The notes below the pieces were generated by a model. It ran no database searches, was not told where the DNA came from, and saw nothing but the letters and a program-made list of their open reading frames with translations. A stretch of DNA of 64,000 bases from Octopus sinensis (Eukaryota): the NCBI RefSeq assembly GCF_006345805.1, contig NC_042998.1:161634001-161698000 (forward strand). The letters run 5' to 3'. The position numbers and the translations under genes are program-made. Below are positions 14,597 to 27,847 of the stretch, one piece after another (position 1 is the stretch's first letter; the number at the start of each line of letters is the position of its first letter).

Positions 14597-15454
14597 TAAC
14601 TTTGAAAACATAACAATAGTAAAATTAATTGTTTGTATCACACATACTTATGTCACCAAATATCTTTGTGTAGGTATTATTAGGGACTTCAACATTGTCA
14701 TTTAAACTTTATGTTCCATTTTTTTTATTGTCCCATACAATTTTAGAATTTCCTTTCTCCATTTTTATTAAGTCTTAAACATTTCTTCTTAAAATTTTTA
14801 ATGCTTATAGTTCTTCAGTTTTTCTTTGACTTTGTTACATTCTTATATTAAGTCAGGCTTCTTAAATTATATCTGGAATTTGTAGGTTCAATACAGTTTC
14901 ATTTCTGACTCAAAATTAATGTAACAGGTATGTAATAGAGATTCACCAATTATGCTTTTGCTCTTTAGTGAGAACTGAGTCTACTGACACATATTTGGGA
15001 GTTTGGGTGAAATAAGGAGAAGACCTTTACCCAGCAGTGGGAGGGTAATGACTAATTTGATTGCAATCCCTATTGATTCATTATAAAATATAAAAAAATA
15101 CTTTCTCTGTAAATGATAATGTTTTTAGTTGTTTTTCGATTCTGTCACTATTTTATTTGCAGTCTGGTTGTTGTTCAGCCCAAAGTCAACTTTGATTGAG
15201 CAGGTTGCAACCAAAGGCATTCCAGCATGATGAAAGGTGTTATAGCTACGATAAAAGACACTTTACTCATAACTCAAGACGTTTCAACTGTGACCAAAGC
15301 ACTTAATTTCCTGTTGCTCCAGTCCACTCAGCTGGTGAAAATGAGTAATTGTGCGATGAACCAGCGTCCCATCCAGGTGGGGAATATATATGCCATTGAA
15401 ACCCAGAAACCAGCTCTCATGAGCTTAGTATGGCTCCAGAAGGAAGCATTTACA

Positions 15455-15495
<41 letters not shown>

Positions 15496-16727
15496 GTATT
15501 TATGTGTGTGTGTCTTTCTGTCTGTGTTTGTCCCCCCAGTATAGCTTGACAACTGATATTGGTGTGTTTATGTCCCTGTAACTTAGTATTTCAGCAAAAG
15601 AGATTGATAGAATAAGTACTAGGCTTACAAAGAATAAGCCCTAGGGGCGATTTGTTTAACTAAAACCCTTTAAGACAGCACTCCAGCATGGCTGCAGTCA
15701 ATTGACTGAAACAAGTAAGCGAATAAAAGAATAATTTTAAAAATTATTGCTTAGGGATGGGCATATTTTACCAATTAAACACCTGCATTATATGTTTGAT
15801 TTTTATTTCAGCTTTATTATTGTTGGTATTTTTGTTGGACTAAGTAAAACAAGAGGAGACACATGGGATAGAGAGTCACTGATGAGGTCACAAGAGCTTA
15901 AACAAAGAAACTAAAATAATAAAGCTGAACTGAAGACCAAACATATCATGCCCATATTTAATTGACAAAGTATGACCATCCCCAAATATAACAATATTTG
16001 TTTCAACACACAATTTCTCATCAAGAATCTTGCAAAACAAACACATAAACGTAAGTTTAAAATTATTTTTTGAAATTAATGTTATAACTTGGTTCCTATG
16101 TTGAAAGAAATATATTGGACCATTTTCTGGCAAATGTATCATAATATTTACTCTACTAAAATGTCTACCTCTGTTTTAGTTTCAAATTTAGCAACATATC
16201 TATTTCAAAAATAATCTTTTTTATGTTCTCAATTGCACATGCTTCCTGAATCAATCCTTTGCCTAAGTAATATCTAGAATTAGAAAAAGGTGAAGAAATT
16301 TTAGATGCAACAGAGAGACAAAGAATTAACCTTGCCAAAGTTGTTGTCATCGGCAACTGCTGTCACTTCATTTGAATCTGTAAGTGTCAGATTGTGTTAT
16401 CATATAATCAAAAGGAAGTCTTCATCTGACATGACAGCATTCAGTTTTTGTTAATAGTTGCTATCTAAGCAGATAGTTACTGTCTTTGAAATGAATCGTT
16501 AGATCTGAAGACTATTAAGATTGTAAAGTGATATCTCAATATAGAAAATTATAATAGAAGTAAAACAAATTTGCTGTGAATTGAAAAATATCTCTCAAGA
16601 ATGTCTTTGTTTCTCTTGAGTTTCAAAACATTAAGAAATACGAGTTGCACAAAAGTAAATATAATAAAACAAATATCAGAAGGAAAACTGATGTATTATG
16701 TTCTTTATTTAAAACAGTATCACACTT

Positions 16728-16761
16728 ATTATTATTATATTATTATTATTATTATTATTAT

Positions 16762-16827
<66 letters not shown>

Positions 16828-16883
16828 TACTACTACTATACTACTACTACTACTATTATTATTATTATACTATTATTATTATT
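16728..16883. repeat. Compound (ATT)n/(ACT)n microsatellite
   Basis: Direct reading; source of the spurious poly-Y/I/T ORFs. Confidence 0.98.
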
Positions 16884-17524
16884 AACCTTTCCAACTTTGT
16901 TGTTGCTTCTTATATATGTGGCAATATAATTGCGTTAAAATTTCCTCCGGTCCCTATACCCCCCACCCCCACACCACCAAGCTGACAATCAAAATTCTTT
17001 CTTCTGGATAGTTATAATATCACCACTCTTTTTCTCTCTGTCTCGATCTATGATATTATGGAAATATCTGTATCTCTCTTACAAGTACTAAATATAGGGG
17101 TTCTCTATTGATTGGCAAATAACTTTAAATTTCTGTCAGTAATTCTCATGGAGTGCCATCTAGCTGTGTGATCTCAATATATATACTGGATATATTTGGT
17201 AGATGTGCTAGTCATGAGATCTTATTGATGATAGTGATGGTAGTATAGAGTTGATAGTTCTTCCATCCCTCTTCATATTTGTGATGATGATGATGTTAGT
17301 AAAATGGTAGATAGTTCTTCCAACATTCATTGACTCTCATGTTCTTCTGGGTCCCAGGATTTTACGAAAGGAGTTAGCACATGGTCTCAGTTTACTTTGT
17401 AGCAGTTGAGCCAGTGTTCTGGGTTGCCACTGGAACTAAAGCTAAGCTACGTTAACTAAATTGTTCTATTTTCTTCAGCCTTTTCAACTTTGTTGCTGCC
17501 TTTAATATATGTGGCTGTATAATT

Positions 17525-17684
17525 GCGCATGGCTCAGTGGTTAGAGTGTCGAGCTTACGATCGTGAGGTTGTGAGCTTGAATCCCGGACTGGGCTGCGTG
17601 TTGTGTTCTTGAGCAAGACACTTTATTTCACGTTGTCTACTCCATATGCAGAGTTTGACCACCTCCTGTACCTACAACTTAGAA

Positions 17685-17724
<40 letters not shown>

Positions 17725-18070
17725 TTCAAATTTACACAAAACAATCGACAAAAACAAACACGAGGAAATAACAAGCAGGTGTATTAGTAGTTTTGTGCTC
17801 AAGAAGAATGGAAAAGTCTTTGGTGGAAACTGAAAGAAGCCTGTTGCATATATATGTATGTGTGTGTCTGTGTCTGTGTTTGTCCGCCCACCATTGCTTG
17901 ACAACCGATGTTGGTGTGTTCATGTCCCTGTAACTTAGCAGTTCGGCAAAAGAGACCGATAGAATAAGTACTAGGCTTACAAAGAATAAGTACTGAGGTC
18001 GATTTGTTCGACTAAAGGCGGTGCTCCAGCATGGCTGCAGTCAAATGACTGAAACAAATAAAAGAAAGTG
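17525..18070 (+). mobile_element. tRNA-derived SINE or composite (tRNA head, (TA)n, shared 3' body)
   Basis: Head gcatggctcagtggttagagtgtcg...gagcttgaatcccgg with A/B boxes; 3' body matches the 54.4-54.6 kb copy. Confidence 0.8.
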
Positions 18071-21000
18071 AACTGAACATCATGTCTCTCCACATCTCTA
18101 CAATTAACTTTTGTTTCTGTCATCAATTCCCAGAAAAAAAAGTTATAATATGCTTTGTTTGGGAAGACTCATGGTGTAGTGGTTAAGTTGTTGGGCCCCC
18201 ATGAATGGAATGACAAGGTTTCAATTCCCAAACTGGGCAGTATGTTGTACTCTTGAGCAAAGCACATCATTACACATTGCACCAGTGTATACAGCTGAAA
18301 ATGAGTACCAGCAACAGTTCCAGCTAACCTTGTGACAATTTTAACATTTTTTATTCAGAGAGAAATCTTATACTTTCAAGCAGTTAAATGCCTCATGCCT
18401 GAGAGAAGTTTGAGCCTATTAAACCTTTAGGCCTATCGTTAGCTAAGATTACCATCAGTATGACTTTTGAACTCTACCTTCATTATTTAAAATGCTGCTG
18501 TTATTAGCATAATGCTTATATTGCTGTAAAAGTAGCTAATTGAGAAGAAATTGCTAAGATTTTCATCAAGAGAATTGTTAACATTTAAGGCTTCAAATAT
18601 AACCAAATATTGGTCAAGAAGCCCTATAATATTTGGGTAGTTTGTAGCTAAGTGCTGTCCTTAGATAAACTGCTCCAGTGCTGATTGCTTACCCATATGA
18701 GGTGCAATCTCAGGAGTTTGCATTTTCTCGCATGTCTATTACAAAGTTCCTATAAGTTCTGGTAGTGGCTACAGTTGGATATAAGCAAAATAGAGTCAAC
18801 TTCAGTGCAATAGCTGTTGTTCTTCTGCAATTATTTCTAATGATGTACATCTCAACACAGTGTATGGAAACTAATGAGGATATTGATGTAGTTGTTATTT
18901 TGCATGTGCCTGTTTTTTTTTTTTATTTGTCTGAATGGGGTGAGAGAGATAGTGCTTTTAAGATGGTGTTGTACTAATGTTCTGGAATTTTGTGAATGTG
19001 TCTTAGAATCTTGTGGGGTGATTGAATATATATAGATAAGCATTTGGTTTGTCATATATAAGTATCAATACTTTGATAATTTAGTTACTTAGCCGTATAG
19101 TCATAAGTAAAAAATAAAGATGGAAGTGAATCATCTAGGGGGAGAGAAAGACTATATTTTAAGAAAGACTTGAAAGAAGAAAAAATATTACATAATTCTT
19201 AAGTAAATTTAGAGATTTTTCATTTTCATATGCGATCCTTTGTATTTAAATATTTTGAGTTATTAAATATATTTTCTCTGTTATTAAAATACATTGTACT
19301 TTAATCTTTGCCAAATTTATATTAATATTTTTCTTTTCCAGGTAAATCATGTGCATGCACTCATATGCACACATATATATATGCACAAGGGTAATGTGCT
19401 TCTTGTTTCTTTTTCTTTTTCAAACTTCAAGGAATACGTTTCTATACTTAGCTAATTTCTGCATTTATTTGCAATTTTTAGTTCAAAGTGTCAACAATTG
19501 TTAGTTGAAACTTTTCCTGATGGAATAAACTCGATTTTTATTATTTTTCTCTTCATAGTTTAAAATTATTTTTACTTCAAAGCAATTTTTATCTATCTGA
19601 AATATGAATATATATATATATATATACATATGAAACAAACAAAGCAGTGAATCTCAGATCTGTTCTCTTTATTGTATTTTCCAACATAATTTTGTTATTT
19701 ACCTCAAAGTATTGACATTATTGAATTAGCTAACTTTCATAAAGGCCTTTAAATTATTTATAAAAAACTAAATAAAACCAATGTTTCTTATCGGAAGATA
19801 TGTCTTTAATAATTAAGTGTTCAAGTTGAATTTACTTTTGAAATGGTAATGTTTGTGTCACTTAACACACACACACTCTCTCTCTCTCTCTCTCACACAC
19901 ATGCACACACACACTTTGAGATTTGGAGACTGCAGATTTTCATAAACATTCTTTTATATGCGTGAGTAAATTGTCTCTCTGTGACACACACATATACACA
20001 CACACAGGCACATATATGTACACATGTATACACTCTAAAGTTGCAGGTATTCATTAAGAGAAGTTTAGTTTAACATTTTGAAGATCTTTATTCTGTTTGA
20101 ATTAGTTTTGATTTATTTTTAAAGATATTTTGCTGCTGCCTGCTTTCTTTCATTTTTATGAGAGTTCCTTGCAATAGTTTAATATTGAAGCTTATGAATA
20201 TTGATTAGCTAACCTCCAGCATACATAATGACTGGCATAAAGAATAATAATAGCTTTATGATCATTTATGATATTATAACATAACCATACTGTTTGTTGG
20301 TAGGAGTAGCATGACTGAGAAGCAATAGTATTGTACTATCAAGTCACAGGCTTTGATTTCTAATCTGCAGCAGGCAGTTCTTTTCATATTTGGATATTTA
20401 ACTTTATATGACTCTCTTCATTCTGTCATTCCAACATATCATGCTAGAAGGTTACCTGAGCTAGGACAGACAGCATCTATCCAAGAGTAGATTGATCTAG
20501 ATTCCTTCTGAATGGGCAGAAATTGGAACCAAGAATTAGTCTTTAAGAATTACTTGATTCTTAAATGTTTATATTTAGTTTATGCATCATCATTCATTTA
20601 AGTTCTATCTAAATGTTGCTTTTGCTATCTAGTCTCAAGTGAAATAAACCCAACCTACATATGATCAATAAGTTCCATCCTTGACCATCCAATCTTTTTT
20701 TGTTTTCTTTTTTGCTTAGACACGATATACTCTAAATACCAATTATTCAAAGTGGATGGAAGTTGTGGAAAAGGGAGTCACAGGAAGACAGAGTATTAAA
20801 GGTTGATCTCAAAACATTGAACCTTGTAAAGGAGATGACAGAGTGCTGAGATATGTGATGCCTTGCTGTTCTCAAGAAGACTTGTTCTCCAAAACAGAAC
20901 TGAGATTCTAAAACCAAAGTGACATATAAAAAGCATTGGTGTGGATGTTGGTGCAATGTAAAAAGTGCCCAGTAGACTCTGTACATTGGCTGGCACCAGG

Positions 21001-21074
21001 AAGTGTATTGAGCTATAGAAACCAAGCCAAAACAGATTATGGAACCTAGTGGGGGCCTGACCATGCCAGTTCCT

Positions 21075-21282
21075 TATTTCTTTACTTTCCACACAGAGGG
21101 GACAAACGGATTAAGTTGATTATATCGACCCCAGTGCATAACTGGTACTTATTTAATCAACTCTGAAAGGATGAAAGGCAAAGTCAATCTCGGTGGAATT
21201 TGAACTCAGAATGTAGCAGCAGACGAAATACCACTAAGCATTTCAGCTCGGCGTGCTAACGTTTCTGCCAGCTTGCCACCTT
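21075..21282 (-). mobile_element. tRNA-headed SINE, third family (further copies at about 12232-12435 and 59420-59615)
   Basis: Same gaaaggatgaaaggcaaagtc...ggaatttgaactcagaatg core as 55731-56142. Confidence 0.8.
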
Positions 21283-21944
21283 AACAGGAACCTTACCAGT
21301 TCCTGTTAAGCCATTCAATCAAAGCCAACATGGAAAACAGATGTTGAATGTTGATGATTGATGATGATGACATCTAATATTCTTAATTTTAAAAGATGAC
21401 AGAGTGTACCTTTGTATAAAAGTTTTTTTCTACATTTCATTTCTGTTCTTTCTTTGTAAATAAATTTCTCTTCTACATCCACTCCCAGATTAAGGTCTGC
21501 TCACAAATTCTTCACCACAGTTCCCAAGACTAAATTGATAATTGGCAAGGTCATGATGCTTCTGCCACCTTTAAATGATATTTTCAAATTTTGGTGCACA
21601 GCTAGGAATTTGAGGGTGGTGGTGGTGGTGATAAGTCAGTTACATTGACTCCAGTGCTCAACTGGTAATAAGTGACTTTACAAGCAGTGGTGCCACAAAA
21701 ATCACCCAATGCACTTTGTAAAGTGGTTAGCAGTAGGAAGAGCATCCACCTGTTAAAACCATGCATTATAGCTTGGCACAGTCCTCTGGTTTTTTCAGTT
21801 CATATCAAATCCTCTAACTCATGTCTGCATGGAAAAATGAGGATGATGATGATAATGATGATGATGATGATGATAGCAAAAAAATAATAAAAAGCACTGG
21901 TAGTAGTGTAACTTTAAAGTCACTATCCTTATAGGAATATATAA

Positions 21945-22170
21945 TGTCAAACTTAAATCTAAACAAAAATGACAAGAATGAGACTGGAGTCCCTACTGAA
22001 GGTTTCTCATCTGGTAGGAGGGTAGGAGGTCGATCATCATCCTGTTACTGCTGTGCAGAAAAGTTAAATGGAAAAGAAGAGATCAACAAGATGGCAATGG
22101 AATGTTATTCAAGAAGTGAACCAAGAAAGTAAGGATCCTGAAGAAGAATGCTGAACATTTAGAAAGATAC
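21945..22170 (+). mobile_element. Possible N-terminal fragment of an R4/Dong-type LINE ORF
   Basis: KEEINKMAMECYSRSEPRK resembles the N-terminal MECY..S.P motif I associate with these ORFs. Confidence 0.4.
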
Positions 22171-23739
22171 CGATTATTATTATTACTACTACTACTACAA
22201 CTACTACTACTACTACTACTATTGTTGTTGTTGTATTCCATTAGACAATTGAATTTACTTTATAAAACAGTTCTGAGTCTGGAAACTTAATACTTTTTTT
22301 GTTTTGTTTTGTTTGTTTATAATTTGTACTACTTACAGAATACTTTTTATTCACTTTTCTTTATCTCATTTGGTGATGTGTTTCACTTCTTTTGAATGAT
22401 TTACTTTGTTATCTATCTCAAAATATGTCAGTCGTATTTTCCTCTGAAAATACTCTGGATTCTATGGAAAAAAACCTCTGTATCTTAGGCACTAACTTTG
22501 GTACCTAATCACAGAACTATTCTTTACTTGCATGTAGGCTTTTGCAGAAGAAACCAAAAAGCATCAATGATCATATGAATTAACGTATACCTTTACAACC
22601 GAGTCATCTTGGTAATAGATTGTCTCCATTTTAAAAGCCTAGTTAAACCATTCAGTTATGTGTTTTTTTTTATTCATTCATTCATTTTTCTCTTTTTCGT
22701 CTCACATTCCACTGTGTTCAGCATCAGTATGTGTAACCAATCTCTTGTCACTAAATTGTCCCCATGTGGTAAATTTGTTTTATAAATATGTTTGAAAGTT
22801 CCTATTTGTAGAACTAAAACGATATTTACAAATTTCTGCATTACAGCTTGCTAACAAGACATTTGAAGAGTCAATGACAGACTATTTAAATTCTTTGCAT
22901 AAATATTTACCACCACCGCCACCACCACCAGCATTATTATTATTGTAGTAGTAGTAGTAGCTGCTGCTTTTGAAAAATTACACACTGTAAGAGTAGATGC
23001 AGAATATTTTGCAACTTCAAAGAAGTCTTAGACATAATGACATAAACCCATGTCAACAATACTTAAGTGGTTTGTTTTCTTTGTTAATATTTAAAATATC
23101 TCAGTTGGTACTTCTAACATTACATTTTCTTTTCTATTTTGATTTGCAGATAAATAATTTCAAATTATATTTGTCTTTATATCCTTGGAAATTTAGATAT
23201 GCATCACTTAATAATCTGAAGAGATTTATCAATTTTCTATCTTATTATTATTATTATTACCTTTTTTGAGAACATTTCATTTAAAGTGTTTACAATAGGT
23301 TATGAGAGATACTGTATAAATATTTTGTACTTCACTATTATATTTATATCACTTTTATCATTTAAAATCCCTTGGTGATATCAACTGGATCAAAATATTA
23401 TTTTATATATTCATTATTATACAGGGGATCATGCACAACTTTTGTATCAGTAGGTCACGAAGACAAGAATTTGAGAACATTACTTTATTGGTCAGTAGTT
23501 ACTTAGCTAGTAGACTTAGAGTGCACTTTTTCTCTGTCAGTGTGTCTACATGGAACAGTTACTATTTTCTTCATGAAGGCCAGCCGGTCATCATTAAACA
23601 GGAAAAAAGAAGGTTGTTTGCTATCAAGGATGATTACCATCTTTGAGAAGTTGGATGTGAGTGTGATAGGGCAATAGCTGACAAAACCAGTTGGGGTTTC
23701 CTTTCTTGGGAACTGAACATACTGTAGAACGTTTCCAAG

Positions 23740-23895
23740 AATTTATATATAGGTGTGTCTGTGTGGTAAGTAAGCTCGCTTCCCAACCATGTGGTTCCAG
23801 GATCAGGCCTACTGGACAAGTGTCTTCTACTATAGCCTCAAGCTGACCAAAGCCATGTGAATGCATTTGGTAAATGGAAACTGAAAGAGGACCAC

Positions 23896-23926
<31 letters not shown>

Positions 23927-24170
23927 GATATCTATGTGAGTATGTCCTTTGTGTCTGTGTTTGTCCCCTCCACCATCGCTTGACAAACGATGGTTTGTTT
24001 ATGTCCCCATATACTTAGTAATTTGGCAAAAGAGACCAATAGAATAAAATCTAGGCTTACAACGAATAAGTCCTGGGGTCGATTTCTTTGTCTAAAAACG
24101 CCCTTTGACATGATGCTCTAGCATAGCTACAGTCAAATGATTGAAACAAGTAAAACAGTAAAAGAATATG
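23740..24170 (+). mobile_element. tRNA-derived SINE, same family as 54274-54634
   Basis: Shared head (tgtgtggtaagtaagctcgcttcccaaccatgtggttcc) and 3' body (ggcaaaagagacc.atagaataa...aatgattgaaacaagtaaaa). Confidence 0.85.
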
Positions 24171-24469
24171 TATCTATAAAAGTTTGCCTGTATATGGGCA
24201 GATCATTTGAACACAGCGCATGTAGTTCAACTCACCAGAGATACTGGACCTCCTTCATCTAATGCAGGGCAGTGTGGTGTGTGTGGGTTAAAAATATCCA
24301 AGCAAACTTGACCAACTGATGATGATGATGGTTAATGTTTGTTTTTCTGTCAAGTTACATGCAGAACTAATTTAAAATTAAACTGAAGGATTACTTAATG
24401 CTTTCAAGTCGAATACAAGATGATTAAGAACTTACAAGGAAAAGGTTGACAGTGACTTTGAAATTTAAT

Positions 24470-24935
24470 TCAACACTTTGGAAGTTGTAGATAACTTTTG
24501 CTATCTCGGTGACCTAATTAACAGGAGGAGGTTGTACAGAAAGTGTTATTGCTAGAATAAGGATAGGATGGAGAAGGTTCAGAGAGCTCTTACCTCTCTT
24601 GGCAACCAAAAGTCTCTCTCTCTCTGAGTGAAGGGAAGATTGTATGATGCATGTGAACGAACTGTGATGTTGCATCATAGTGAGATGTGGGCCTTGAATG
24701 TGGAGGAGTTGCAAAAGCTGGAGAGAAATGAAGCTGTATGTGCGATGTTAGTGTACATGTACAACAGAGTACAGGTGTATTGAGAGAGAAGTTAGGCTTA
24801 AGTGGAATAAGATGTAGTGTGCAAGAGAGAAGACTCCACTGGTTTGGTCATGTGATGCAGATGGATGAGGGCAGTTACATAAAGAAGTGCTGATCACTTA
24901 AAGCAGAGGAAAGTTGTGGAAACATTGTTCAGATG
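24470..24935 (+). mobile_element. RTE-type LINE fragment (post-RT region)
   Basis: EVVDNFCYLGDLI, ARIRIGWRRFRELLPLL, KGRLYDAC, and RRLHWFGHVMQMDE. Confidence 0.88.
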
Positions 24936-25299
24936 AATCTTGCAAGGATTGTTGTGCTAGGTAAAAATATACCATTCAATATTTTGAGATTGTGCTCTTT
25001 GTCCAAACTGCTGAAACACTACTATGAGTGAAACTCTTGGGAAACTTAGGGTTGTGAGTTTTGATTATGTGGGATGTAGAGGACATGCTTAAGTGGAAGC
25101 TTTCAGTTACCTGCCTAGCTATTTCTGATGAGTCAGAGGGGAAACACGAATGCTGCTATAATTAGTGTAGCTGGGGGTGGCACTTTTAAAGAGGCACCAC
25201 TTTTGGCTCTGCTGTAGGTAATATGTGTTTTTTGGGGGTGTGGGTGGGGGTCCAGGGGAGGGGAAATGGAAGGGCTACCCTGGGCAGCACACACTCTAG

Positions 25300-25970
25300 C
25301 TATGCTTATGGCTGCTAAGGATAGTTAAGAGTAGAATTGATGGGGCTCCATCAAGTCAGCTGATTTAAAGTGCTAAAGGATCTAGACATTTGTGAAATTG
25401 CATAAAATGCAATTGTTCGTAGGTATACACATAAATAGAAGATGAATTTGGAGGTGAGGAAGAGATAAAGAGCAGAGTTTCTGTGTGTTGGTGAAAGGTG
25501 CATCTAGGGGACAAAGCCAGTTGATGTAATAAGTGGGTAGAGGTCTACAAAAAAATTCAGTTTCTGCATGAACAATATCTATCTGATAAATGTGAATACC
25601 AAGATGAGTTGTAAGTGGTTGAAATCATTGAGAAGAGGGAATTCAGAGAGGGGTGAAGTGAGAAAGATGCTGTTAATGCGAGAAGAAGTATGACTAAACC
25701 ATTGTTGGTGGTCTGAGGAATTTGTCAGGGAATAGTACTGAAAGCAGATGCTTTTGAGATGAGTAGCAAGTGAGGGTTTGAACCAGGTTAACTGGAAATC
25801 TTTATTGCAGATATTCAGGTGAGAGAGGTAAGGAGCAGAGATAATGGAATCTGAGAGTACACAGACACCACCTTTCAGAGAGAAGTTTATGCTAAATGTT
25901 GTTGCTTGGATAATACAGATAAAACATAAATAAAAGTCAAGAGGTTTGTGTTTCAAAGAAGAAAAGGATG
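25300..25970 (-). mobile_element. CR1/L2-like LINE, AP-endonuclease fragment
   Basis: ORF 25579-25956 has KGGVC..., APYLSHLNICNKDFQLTW and EFPLLNDFNH, the last resembling the APE GDFN motif. Confidence 0.65.
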
Positions 25971-26852
25971 TGTGGCTTGTAAGTAAGAAGAAATGCGTGG
26001 GATCTAGTTTCGATCAGATTCTACAGAAAAGATGAGAAAATGTCCGCCAGGTTTAGTTTAGTTTTTGGCTTCTAGAGAAATATATACAAGCTGGTTGTGC
26101 CCCATAGGATCATGAAAACCACTTGTCAGGTGCCATGTTTGAGTGCTTTTAACAGACAAAATTGCATTAAATGCATTCGTGATATTGACTCTGACAAAAT
26201 GAGTGTCTCACATCACCAAAAATAAAGCTAAAAGGAAATAAAGTCAGGAAATAAAGGAAAAGAAATGTTAAGCTTCTCAAGCATTTATCTAGTTTCTAGA
26301 GAGATTATAAAAATATTGAATGTATCCTGTATTATACATTTGTCAGGCAATGTGATAAAATCATGCTCAATAATTAATATACTTACTTGATCTTGATAAT
26401 ATATTTCATGCAGAAATCAGGCTATTAACTATAAGATTACACTGTTAATAGCATAATTAATTAGTATAATGTTCATTAAATAGATATATCTTAATAGGTA
26501 TTTGTTACTTTTAATAATGACCCTGTTTAATTACATGATAATCATTATATATTTCATGTCTTTCTGCATTATATGAGCGGTAAATTATGTATAGATATTA
26601 TCCTTTCTTTTTTCTTTTTTCTTTCATTTTCTTGCTGTTATTATAAAGTCTTTGCGATGCTTTAGGCTGAAGAAATATCCCTAAATAATTTAAATATTTT
26701 TCATCTTATTTTGTGATTTGTAAGCAATACAGATTTCTGGAGAAATAATTAGTGGTTTAGTGCATTTTTTATTGCAATATTGACAAGAGAGCGTTTAAGA
26801 TGATGCAGAGTAAACAGCTCAAGAAACTTCGTTTCTAGTGTCCCAATTTTAT

Positions 26853-27325
26853 TTTATTTGCATAATTATTCTGAACACATTTAGGCTGGCTCAGATGCAA
26901 AAAATTTGGCTCATTGATGCATGGTATTCTGGGATATCGGTGTTCCAACATATTGAGTCTTGTCAACCAGATACAACTGGAACTCTGAGCCTAAACTAAG
27001 CCACTGGCTTTGCTTATACTTTCAGTATATGCATTGTTTACTTATATTTGCCAACCGATAAAAAAATTCATTATTTGCACCGTGTTCAGCAAAATCTGGA
27101 ACGATTATTAGAGTATTTATTCTTAGCACTTCCAGGCAAGTTCAGACACATGAGAAACCCAAAAGGTCGGAACACCAGTGTTCCAGAATGCCATGCATCA
27201 ATGAGCAGAGAGTGTTGAACACTGTCGTAAAAAGAAGTTATTCTGCTATGACGTACACTACAGCGATCAACATATTTTGCGTCTGTATCTGTCTTGATGC
27301 ACGTTAATAAATATGCGAATAATCA
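26853..27325. repeat. Old degenerate inverted repeat
   Basis: 26909-26960 versus reverse complement of 27155-27206 matches at 42/52; weaker similarity continues outward (26853-26900 versus 27275-27325). Confidence 0.75.
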
Positions 27326-27405
27326 TTCCAGATCTCCGTATACAGTGAAAATGACTTTTTTCAATTATATTTTGCTTTCTCATTACTGTTCATATCCTTT
27401 GCTGG

Positions 27406-27711
27406 CGTTCCTTCGTTTTAACTCGACAAAACTAAAATAAGACTTCAGTTGTTTCCGTGTCAACTCGACAATTCATTTCGGATATCTTCGTGACATCCGT
27501 GACAGTGTACGCGTTCTGTTTTTATGTATTGTGGAATATATAACGAAATTATGCCAGCAAAAAGCCTTGAATATTTGTTCTTACCTGCTTCATGTGTGTA
27601 TGTAAAATCCGCAAATTTTCGGAGGTCACGAAGATATCCGAAGTGAATTGTCGAGTTGTCATGGAACAAGCGAGGTCTTGTAATAGTTTTGTCGAGTTAA
27701 AACGAAGGAAG
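27406..27711. mobile_element. Mutator-like MITE (about 93-bp TIRs, putative 9-bp TSD)
   Basis: 27406-27499 is the inverted copy of 27620-27711 (ttccttcgttttaactcgacaaaacta...caactcgacaattca.ttcggatatcttcgtgac). Flanks ctttgctgg (27397-405) and ttttgctag (27712-20) match at 7/9. The superfamily call is inferred from TIR and TSD length. Confidence 0.7.
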
Positions 27712-27847
27712 TTTTGCTAGTTTCATCAGTAACAAATATACACACATATGGGCGGAGGTAAAGAATACGTACACCACCCATTTTCAGCATAGCAAAAACC
27801 CTAACCACCAGATGTACGTATTCTTTACTTTCACCTATATATATATA

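Noticed and set aside
16275-16372. INLAKVVVIGN resembling a small-GTPase first strand
   Set aside because: No GxxxxGK P-loop follows, and the frame stops five codons later.
16601-16929. ORFs with poly-Tyr/Ile/Thr
   Set aside because: Translations of the ATT/ACT microsatellite.
17525-17600. tRNA-like sequences (also at other SINE heads)
   Set aside because: They continue into SINE bodies and lack a full cloverleaf; not tRNA genes.
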